From assembly GCA_041653835.1 (NCBI GenBank), contig JBAZEP010000005.1, positions 313 to 64,312 of the forward strand: a stretch of DNA of 64,000 bases, read 5' to 3'. Shown here piece after piece: positions 46,367-57,100 of this stretch. The number at the start of each line of letters is the position of its first letter. The first letter of the stretch is position 1. The position numbers were made by a program, and so were the translations under genes. The DNA comes from Candidatus Omnitrophota bacterium. GTDB taxonomy: Bacteria > Omnitrophota > Gorgyraeia > Gorgyraeales > Gorgyraeaceae. The notes below the pieces were generated by a model that was given only the letters and a program-made list of their open reading frames with translations, was not told the origin of the DNA and ran no database searches.

Positions 46367-47703
46367 TATTGTTTCTTCGCCATTTCGCGTTCTTTGATGG
46401 CCTGTACTTCCGCGCCGAGCTGTACGGGCGTCTTTTCCCCTATTATTATCGATTGTATCCCCTTATCTAACGCCTCTATGACTACCGGGAATTCGGACAC
46501 CCCCCACACGCTCGGGTGGGTAGTATTATCCATGGCGCCCGCGAATTGCGAAAGCACGGCAGGGATATCTTTTAAACTGTCTTTATTTGATGGGAGATTT
46601 TGGGTTTCTTTCGAGAGATACGCCTGTTGTTCGGCGTCGGTAATCCATTTCAAAAAATCGACAGCCCCCTGGATATTCTTGGACTGTTTATTCACTATGA
46701 AACTGGAACCTGCCCCGCCCCATATCATCATGGGATATTGATCCGAAACCCTGGGAGGAAGCATTGCCCCGTAATTCAAACCTGGGTTCATGCCTTTATA
46801 GACATTAACGCACCATGATCCGTTGAACGCGAAGGCCGCCCTATTATTGGCGAAAAGCTGTTCCGCGGTCTTGTTTACCATAGTAACTATACCGCTCGCG
46901 AGGAATCCTTCATCGCGCATCTCGCGGAACAGGTCAAAGACCTTTACCCAGTCAGGATCCGTATAAGGGACATCGCCCCGTATAGTGGCGAGCACCTTAT
47001 CCTTGCCCATTATATTAAAAGCGTAATTGGACGCCAGGCAATCTATCATCCATATCTCTCCCCATCCGCTTACCAGGCCCTGGATGCCTTTTTCTTTTAA
47101 TTTTCTACTCGCTTCCATCAACTCGCTGAATGTCTTAGGGGGATTCGACGGGTCCAGCCCGGCTGCTTGCAGTAGATCCTTATTATAAAGCATCTGGATA
47201 TTGGTAACATCTATAGGCGCGCCGTATATACCCGGCTTCACACCAAAGGTATTGCCTTCCTCAAATTCATTCACGGCAAGGGCCTTGGCGAATAATTTGT
47301 CTTTCCAGGCGGCGTTATCTTTATTCATTTCGCCGGTCAGGTCATAGACATAATCGGAATTCACGAAACTGGCGAAATCTCTTTTTTCCCCGAGGATACC
47401 GAATATGTCCGGAAGGGTATTTGTCTGCGCCGCGGCCCTTATTTTCTGGGTATAGGCGTCGGAAGGCGCGTAAAGCTCGAAATCCACCTTTACGCCTGTT
47501 CCAGCTTCATATACCCTGGCGAGTTCCAGGAAAGCGTCTTCCCTGTCGCTCATCCAATGCCATATCTTTATCGATACGGGCTGGTCTTTTTTTTGCGTTT
47601 GCGGGGAACAATTCGTTAAGAAGGTAGTTAAAAGAACGGTGGCCAAAGAAAGCATAAAAAAAAGACAAAACTTCCTATACTCGCACTTCATCAAGCCCTC
47701 CAT
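46366..47703 (-). CDS. ABC transporter extracellular solute-binding protein (family 1, sugar-binding), lipoprotein
   Basis: 445 aa. Signal with LTNCS lipobox and an SBP_bac_1-like sequence. The stop overlaps the permease start (ATGA). Confidence 0.8.
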   Translation of the reverse strand: MEGLMKCEYRKFCLFFMLSLATVLLTTFLTNCSPQTQKKDQPVSIKIWHWMSDREDAFLELARVYEAGTGVKVDFELYAPSDAYTQKIRAAAQTNTLPDIFGILGEKRDFASFVNSDYVYDLTGEMNKDNAAWKDKLFAKALAVNEFEEGNTFGVKPGIYGAPIDVTNIQMLYNKDLLQAAGLDPSNPPKTFSELMEASRKLKEKGIQGLVSGWGEIWMIDCLASNYAFNIMGKDKVLATIRGDVPYTDPDWVKVFDLFREMRDEGFLASGIVTMVNKTAEQLFANNRAAFAFNGSWCVNVYKGMNPGLNYGAMLPPRVSDQYPMMIWGGAGSSFIVNKQSKNIQGAVDFLKWITDAEQQAYLSKETQNLPSNKDSLKDIPAVLSQFAGAMDNTTHPSVWGVSEFPVVIEALDKGIQSIIIGEKTPVQLGAEVQAIKEREMAKKQ

Positions 47704-47720
47704 AAATTTTATGAAACCGA

Positions 47721-48086
47721 TCAGTTGGCAACAAAAAGCCTGGATACGTCGTCGTTGAATTCAAGCGCGCATGCTTGTTTTTCCGCCCTCACCACTCTGG
47801 CACTGCCTGTAATACGGGAAAACGGAAAATCCCTGGCATCGTCCCTGGGTACTGAAATGTTTATACGCAAGTTATCACCGGGCTTTATATTGCTTAGATC
47901 TATATTTACTACATATGCCCCATTATAACTTACGTTGGAGGTAACTGCTTCCACAGCCTCCTCCTTGCCTTCAGCGACCCGCCTGAGCTTCATAGGAAGA
48001 GACAGGCCTAGCCTTTTGGAACCTCTCTTCTCTATAAAATCAGCCATGTTCATTTTTACCCCCTTATGCTCCAGGTTATATTTCAA
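47721..48086 (-). CDS. Stand-alone PilZ-domain protein (c-di-GMP receptor)
   Basis: About 110-121 aa. It has an RxxxR motif (KRGSKRLGL) and a D/NxSxxG motif (SNVSYNGAYV) at PilZ spacing. Confidence 0.6.
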   Translation of the reverse strand: MKYNLEHKGVKMNMADFIEKRGSKRLGLSLPMKLRRVAEGKEEAVEAVTSNVSYNGAYVVNIDLSNIKPGDNLRINISVPRDDARDFPFSRITGSARVVRAEKQACALEFNDDVSRLFVAN

Positions 48087-48195
48087 ATAAGTATATCACA
48101 ATTCATAAAATTTTAAAAGAATTTTTTTAGTTTTTAATTTTACTCCCCAGCAAACACACTGTACCGGTGATTTTTAATATCTTCGTTCATCCGAT

Positions 48196-51100
48196 TTACA
48201 GGCTGCTCCTTAATTTATGTAGATCGTCTATTGTATTGTTTAATCTTTCCAGTAATTTTATATTTATACCTGTGCGGTATCTTATATTTTTCGGTATATT
48301 TACATGCTCAAGATAGTTCAGATCAAGCACGCCTGTATTGATTTTTCTGGGTTTAGCCGCCAATTCGCCCAATGTTGCGGGTATCTTTTCCCCAAGTTTA
48401 CTGAATATGAATTTATCCAGCGCCGGATACGCGACGAATTTCAATTCTTTACCCATCCCGCCTTCCACAAGTCTCCTTGCCAGTTCGATTAAATCATCGT
48501 GTATGATTTTTTCAAAACTGATGAATTCATGAGACGCTTTATAAGGCCTGTTTATAAATTCCTGTACATGCTGAGGCACGTCTATCCTTATAATGCTTTT
48601 GCCGTAAAAGACATTGAAATGGGTCTTTTCCCGCGCGATATCCATTTCTTTCCGCACCGAGGAGTCCATGTCCATGGGATCTGTGGCCAGGACATGCAGG
48701 GTCCCATCCGATAATACAGTTATATCCGCTAAAACCCCTTCGGAGCCGCTGTTTTTCATTATGCTCTTTATTTTTTTAACAGCGTCCGCGGGTTTCAGGA
48801 ATTCGTATGAGCGCGGCTGGAAGTTCAATAAGCTTTCATTCTGTTCCGGAGACCTGATAAAATATGTCTCTATGGCGAAAAGATTCAGGAATAATTCCGC
48901 CATCTCCTTAGCGATAATGTCGCCGGCGGACCCCAGGTATTCTTTATACATGTCATACCAGTCCTTCATGACTTCCTGTTCGATGTACAAAAATTCCTCG
49001 AATATCTCTTTTTTTGAACCCGCGGCGGAAGCTATATCCATCATTTTATTCCTGGTGCCGGCGGATAACCACTTGAGTGACCGTATATCCTGCGTAAGCT
49101 CCTTCTTGAAGGCGTCGAGGCTCTTGTATGAAGAATCCAGTATAAGAAATTCGTTTAATAAAGATTTTTCAGGGACATCTGCGTGTTTTACGGTGATAAC
49201 ATCATTAAATATCGCGAGTAACCTGTTTATTTCCTTAACCAGTTCTTTCTCCCCGGCCGTCGAAGCGATCTTAAGACTGTCTTTAAGATACGGTACGGCG
49301 TATTTTTTCAAGATGACCAGTTCATACGGCAAAGCGGTATTTATTACCATATCGGCTTCTTTTATCTGCGGCATTATAAATTTATCTTCAGCGGCCCTGA
49401 CCGTCTTCCATTGCCTCAATGTCTTGATAGCCGGTATGCCCCTTGATACCTCATCCCGTATGAGCCGCCTCAAAAGCCTTAAATCAGCTCCTCTAAGCGC
49501 CTTGCCGCTGCTAAGTTTTATATGGGGTCCGACATCCACGAAAACCCCGAATCTCTGACGCGCGGGTATTGCGTTCAAAATCCTGGCGCTGAGCGCGTGT
49601 ATGCCTTCTATTATCAAAACCTCATCCTGCCCCAAACTTAAAGGTTCGGATGTATCCAGGCGCGCACCCGCGTCAAAATCATAAACAGGCATTTTTATTT
49701 CTTCGCCCTTGAGCAAGGCCTCGAGATGCGAAATAAAAAGCTCCATATCAAGCGCTTCGGGAGAATCGAAATCAAATTTTCCGTCTCCGGCCAAAGGCAT
49801 ATCCGCGTGATCCTTATAATACCTGTCCATCCCGAGTATTTTTCCCTGCCGGGGCGTGGCTTTCGATATCTTATTGGACAAGGGGCTTTTCCCAGTGGAA
49901 GAACATCCGGATATAAGGAGCACACTGCGCGGAGGCATAAGATCTACATAACCGGCTATCTGGGAAACTTCTTTTTCAAGTTCCTCTTCTTCCTTTTTTA
50001 TTATACCGGATAATTTATTATGAAATACAGCGGCGTTCAACTGGTTTATATTATTTATTGAACCCTCCCGCCCCCTGGTTTTACGGCCCTTGATCCATTT
50101 TATCGATGACGCGGCTAGATCAACGGCCATCGAGAACGGAGCCACGAATACCGAGCGTAATTGAGGGTATCTTGATATGGCAAATATGTTGGCCCGTATG
50201 ACCGGCACGTGCCGCCTGCCAGCCGCGTCTCCGCTCCCTATCGCGCTGGATAACTTATAGAGTGCCGTCAAAATAAGATGGTTCAGGTGCGTCATGCCAA
50301 GAGTCGAAAAGTACGGCCGGGTGTCCACATAAATGATTTTTTCTTTATGGTCCACCCTTACCGGATATACCGTCATTTTTAAATAATTTGCGATCCGTTG
50401 AAGCCGGCTGTCTCCGGTGGGCCGCAAATATTCTTCTTTAATAGTGTAGGAAGATAAGGTAGACACAATGATATTTTTTAATTTCTCGTCATATTTTAAC
50501 CTGTCGATGAGCTTTTTTAATACCTTGTTTATCCTGCTTGCCGGGCTTAACTTAAGGAACGAATCCGGGCTTAATTTAATACGCGCAAGTTCCAGGATAA
50601 TAAAAACCGGCAGGAAACAGCCGGCGCCATAAATAAAAAAGCTAAGGCCGTTGTGCATGCCCAGTATAGCCAGGACCAGGCTTGCGGATGAAAGCACCAG
50701 GATACCGGCTAAAGCCGTAAGCGTAATTACAAGCGCTGCCGCGCGCACCCTGTCATCAGAAACCGCCTTATAGATAGCCCTCTCCCAGAATCTGGACGAG
50801 AAAACTTTGTCCGCTTTCCTTAAATCTTTTATGGCAGGATTTTCTTTGGCTATGGTTGTTATATGCTCCACAAACTTTAAAGCCTTGGCTTTTTGCGCTT
50901 TTAATTTTTTATTCAATGCATTAACATCCCTGATATCATAGGATGGATCTTCCCAGCCGGGTAATACGAAATTAATATAGGCCTTTTTGTCCCGGATATC
51001 TTTTTCAAGTATTTCAATGTTTGATCGCAATCCGCCTGCAAAACTGCTCACAATAGTATTCCAGAGCCATGTCTTGTAATAAAATGTCCCGGATTTTACA

Positions 51101-54100
51101 CTTCTTGTGAGATTGAACGCCTGCTTCAAGGCAATTTTCATATTTTTGATATCGTTTCGCTTTTTAAAATAAGCCGCGCGGTTTTTCAGGAAATCCACCC
51201 TGGATAACGCCCATTTATTTATCGTTTCTTCCGGGAAATTTTTTATTATTATGACGGCAGTTACTCTCTCCCAGTTAATTTTATCCGGCTTGAACCTGTT
51301 TATCTCCGCGAAGTTTTCCATGTCTTCGAGTATATTATCTATCGCTCTCCCGTACAATTTTTTATCCGGGTATTTTATGTATAATTTTGAGAGCATGCCG
51401 GAAAACGATTGCGACAATTTATAAGTATCAAGCTCATCCTGTCTTCTCCATTTACCCACAAGTCTCAATATCTTTGAAAACCTGTAATTCCAGTACGCGA
51501 GATCTCCATCTTGTTCAGCTATACGCCTTATGCTCCTCAGGGTGTAATTAAGATTGACTGAATCTATAATCCCGGATATATCTTTTTCGGTCAGGTACTT
51601 TCCGTAATTTTTAGATTTCCACTGCTCTACGGCAAAATCCATATCTATAGCGCCCATACCTTTTCCAAGGGCACTGAAAATAAGAATAATGCTGTCGGCG
51701 TCGCCTGTGTCGAAACTCCGGCCTTTATGGTATTTTACCCATATAGTAATAGCGTCGGATAAACTGCTTATGCGATAATCACTGCGCTGGAGAGTCCTGG
51801 ACAAAACAACCCTCATAACCCCGGATAAAGGGAACAGGCTATTGTCTTTACCGGTCAATAGCCTGGAAATAGCTTTTATTTTATCTATCCCAGCGGTCTT
51901 TACAATTTCCGCTGCGAGCACAATGTCGCGTGCGTCTTGTTCGTTTAAAAGTTTAGCGTCCGGAAGGTCCTTTTTCCATATATTGAACAGCATAAATAGA
52001 GCCGCGAGATCGGCTTTTCCCGATGATAACGCGTTATCTATAATTTCTTTAACATCCTCATGTATCATGCTGTATTTTTCCGGGAAAAAGGTATAAAAAA
52101 GCGCGTCTATTGACGATACATTTGAAAACGTTTTCATTTCAGGCGAAACAAAAAGCGCCTGGCGGACATTTAATTCCTTATTGTCTATCTTGACGGACTT
52201 AAAGATATCTTTCTGGTTCTGAAGCTGTTTATTATTCTGAAACGCTGGACCAAAGATCAATTCCACAGGTTCAGTTATCAATTTCTGGTCTGTTATGCCA
52301 AAGCGCGATTTAAGCGTAGCCGCATTCATGGTGTCCGCTTCGGATTTCAAGTAACTTATAAATCCCTGGTCGTCCAATGCGACCTTTATAGAATCCGCTA
52401 TATACCCTCTGCCTTCTGACAGGTCTTTGGCCGCAGCGAGGGATATGCTTTCAATATCAGCCTGCATGAATTTCGCGAGCTGTCTTAACATGGCGCTTAA
52501 TAAATCTTCGCCCTCTCCCGCGAGCTCCATTATCTGCGCGGCAGTGATGCCTTCTTTTACAAGATGCTCGTATAATTTTCTGTAGCCCTTAGCTTCATAA
52601 TAGACCTGCAGTGCTGCCAGCGCCTTTGCGGATTCCATAGACCCGGTCTTTTCATAATCCAGCTTCAGGCCTGCCATTGTATTAAGGTCATAGGTGTTTA
52701 TGTTGCTGAAATGCTCGAACTCCTGTTTTAATATGCCTTTGATGATATTCCCGTAAATCGCGGCGTTGACAGGATCTTCTTTTGCTTTATTTATTAACGC
52801 GCTGAACAATCCGCCATGGACATGTAAAACAGGCGTCCTCGCGCCGTCAGCGCCTACGCTCACCCTCATCTCAGCAGCGGGATCACCGAACGCCCAGTTA
52901 TTTTCCACAACGGCCTTTTCAATCATAGCCTGCATTTCCGCATCACTAAAATCTGAGAGCGGCAACCTGCCAAGCGATGCGTTGCTGGCAAGAGGCGCAT
53001 TTTTATACCTAGCGGAACTCGGGGCATTACGTTCTTTCTCTATAGCCTTGAAAGTATCTCTAAGATAACCGAACGCGCCTTGGTGTATATAGGTACGAGC
53101 ATCTTTTGTCAATGGTTCTAATCTATTGACAAGGGCCTCATCGCCTTTGATGGCGTTATTCAGCCTGTTAAGCTTTTCAGAATAATAAGCCCTTTGGATC
53201 CTTGTTTGTATATTGCCGAAAGCGACTATAATAGAGGCTATTAAAACAGGCCATCCTATATATGAAAGTAACTGCGAAGAAGTAAGCTCCAGGATCTTGC
53301 TGGAACCTAATTCAAACGAGAAATTGGACGCAAGAGGAACGACCAGGAACCATATGAATATAAATAAAGATATAATATAAGCCCTGTTCATTTCTGTCTT
53401 AAATCTTAAAACTTTTGGATCCGTTAAATTTTTCTTTTCCAATAAAGACAGGACAGGCAATAATAAACCTGCTGACACAACCAAATAAGGTGTTAACCCT
53501 ATAAAACCTCCGCCTATAAGCATTGCCGCGCCTGTAAGAGTAACGATACCAAGCCCATAACCCAATATCTTGGCAGCTATATCTCCGGAGCCTTTACCAA
53601 AAGATTTCCCTACTTTATCGTCATGCGTATAAGGCCCTATCACGATGCCGGAAGTGAATACAAGAGATATCCACAACATCAGGACATTCATAATATCCAA
53701 AGATGACATGGCAAAGAAATTCAAACCCAGCATGAAAAGTCCTATAAAGAATATGGCCTGGTAAGAACTGGTAACCTTACTTATATAATCCGGAACGCTC
53801 TTGCTATTCGCGGGACTGAGTTCCTTCAGGTTTGACCATACAATTTTAATTGCGTTTCCGCCTTTTCCTACTGCTGAAAGTTTAAATTCGAAACTCAGCT
53901 TAGTCAATAAAGCGGCTATCTGCGCGTTAGCTATTACTATAAACCTGGAGCTGAATATAAGCATATCTCTTACTCTCACGCTAAACCATTTGCCCCATCC
54001 AGTAAATCCTCCAGGCAGAGAACCAGCCAATATGAACCCTGCTATACCTGTATAGAACGGTATAAGCACCGTGACTAGGGCACCCATGCTTGCCACAAGC

Positions 54101-57100
54101 GGAGACAGGAAAATAGCGCCTGCTGCCACACCTGTCGCAAAACCAAACCAGCCTAATTTCTGGCTAAAGCCCGCGGCGCGTAAAGTCGCGAGCAGCCCAT
54201 GAAGCGTCTCTATCTGATTGAACATAGTGCCAAGAACCCAGTACAATAGATTAATGCCTACGAAAGATGTCCAGTCGCCTATTATCGCCAGAGGCAGTAT
54301 AAGTACGTTTAGGAGCGCCTGAGGCGCTATAATGAAGTGTCTGCCCGCGTTCCTTCTCGCGTCTCTTTCAAAAATAGACTCGGGCCCGTATTCATTTATA
54401 AGCTGCATCAGATAATCTTTCATTGTCTGGTATAAACCGGCTGACCAACGAGGCAAAGCTTTTACCAATTCATAGAGGCCTTTGGTTTCCCTGATCTTAT
54501 GCCACATTGCTTTTGACAGACCATATTGTGGAGATCTGCCCAGGCCGATCTGACTGTATGACGTCTGTAATACCGCCCAGTAATCCTCGCTTATACCTAT
54601 AGCATTAGGGCTGAACATCATCAACCCGAACATCCTGTCCATGAATCTTGTTTTATATTTCTTTTCTTTCCTGTCAGGGGCTAAAGAAGTTTCGGAAACT
54701 CCTTTTTTACCGAGTTTTGTAAAAGCTTCCCAAAATACGATCTGCATTATATTGCCCCAGCCCGTTCCTACCTTATCCACAAGGCCCTGCATAAACGAAC
54801 CATGGCCCTCTTCTACTAATCTTGAGAGATCTCCTGTAGGCGTAAGCACGTTAGTGGTTCCCCTGAAAGCCGCAATTATCGAAATATCAGGATTCGCCCT
54901 TATCCTTTTGACGTCTTCTATGAATTTAGTAAAATTACCAACTGTGGAATTCCTGTCCATTATTACCAGGGATTTTAAATACGGCATTTCTTCGGGCACG
55001 CTGAATAAGCCATTCATTGCTGCTGCCTTAAGACCGAATATTGTGCTGTTAAATACTACGTAAGAACTCCCTCCTGAGATTTGTTTAATAAGACGACTGA
55101 GTTTTTCGCGCTGCAAGACCTCATCGCCTTTCTCTATATTTTCTTGACTAGGCCTGCCTTTTTCATTGCCAAACTTATCATACTGGTTATGTATTATATA
55201 GAAGACTGTTTTCTCTCCTATACCAGCATCTTTAAAAGACCTTGCCATTTTTACCATGGTTGTAGCGCTGTTAATAGCGCTACCTCCTCTTATCGGCACA
55301 GGGTTAATGTCACATATCCAATCGCGAAGTTTATACGCCGCTATTATTTTATTCCTATCGGAAGGATCATAGTGTCTGCCTGAAATAATTTTCAAGTCGT
55401 TATCGATGTTTGAATTTTCATCGAGCTGTTCAATATCCCACAAACCTACCCCTGATTCTTTTTCCGCTTTATAAAGCGCGATAAGTACTCCTTTTATGCT
55501 CTCATCGCTAAGCTGGCTGACCCCTAACTCTTCCGCTATGCCTTTTATGAATTTCATGGTAGCTTCGTCTTCATTATCCCTCATGTAATTCAACTGGCTA
55601 AATATGCCATCAGCGGCATCTTCAGGCGTTTTGCCTATATGGACTTCTGATGCCAACGGCTGGCCTCCTACAAATAATACGCCTGTCTTGCCTGGATCCC
55701 AATCTTTTGGTTTTTCTGTCTTTACAGGGCCGCGCGTAGGAGCCAACAAAGCGGATATAAATGTCCACTTCTGCCATAAACCATAATTCACGAGTTGCTG
55801 CACCAGGAAAAATCCAAGCGCAGCGCCTATTACAGCTATAATACTCACTGCGTATGTCGCTACAAACCAGGTTGATACGGCGTCTGCCAGCAATATGCTT
55901 AAGCCTACAAAGCTTAACAGCTGAGCTGTATGTAATATAACAGCCCTCGGCCGGCCTACTGATACAGAAGGCCTGATCTGATTGTATACAGCTAATCCAA
56001 CCAGCGAGCGGTTCGATATTACATTATATAAGCCTTCTAATGTAATAAGCGAGGCGGCGAGGAATTTTAGCGCGGCTACTTCAAATATAGCGGCGCCCGG
56101 CATAAATACGAACATAAATATACCCAATCCCAACAAAACTACTCCGGAAATCTTTTTCAGATTAGATTTCCCGCTTGTAAATTTAGACATTGAGAAAAAC
56201 TCTGTTATAGTATTTATTATCAAAATCACTCCGGCGGCTATAAGCACAGGAAGCGATAATTGCGCCAGGCTCTGGCTGAACAGATTAGCGAAATCATTGA
56301 AAATATTAATGCCGCCCTTATCTCCCAGATGCCATAAAATACCAATTGCCGCAAGGATGAATCTGGGCATTATTGAGGTAAAATCCTGCACTAGCGGATG
56401 GATAGGCTTAGGTAAAGTCTCAACAAATTCATCATAATCTGACTTGCCTCCTTTAGGCGCTATTTCACCGCTAGACACCTTCTTCTTCAACTCAATAAAA
56501 TCTTTATCCTTGGTATCAGAAACCTCTGGCACTATTCTGATGAGCGGATCGAATCTTCCCTCGGAAATACCTATATCTGCTAACAATGACTCGAATTCAT
56601 TTACGTTATCAAAATCTGCCTTCATCCTGGCTGTGCAGTCTTTTAAATAAAGCTGGATATTAGCCCATATCTGAGGATTAACTGATCCTGGGATTACGTA
56701 TTTAGCCTGCGCTATTGTGCTGTCGCCGGCTCCCCTAACCGCTTCCAACGCTAGATATTTGGATATCTGTATGGCAAACTCATTTACCTTATTAATATCT
56801 ATCTTGTTCCCATTTTTCTCATTCCATTTTATGATAAGCGCGTATATTACCCCGAGATAACTCAAGAACGCGCCTTCTATATCACTATCTGAAAATATAA
56901 CTTTCTTACCCTTGCCTAAATTCGCGACTTCTGTTTTAAATACGTCTTCCGAAAGTACTTTAAGCGCTTCTTTAGCATGTTCTTCATTGTAATATTCTTC
57001 TTCCTCCGGGGATTTTTCTTCTTTATCTTTTTTACTTCTCCATTTCTTCCACCACTTAGACCATACAAAGTTGTAAGCCACAAGAAAACCCTGTATAATC

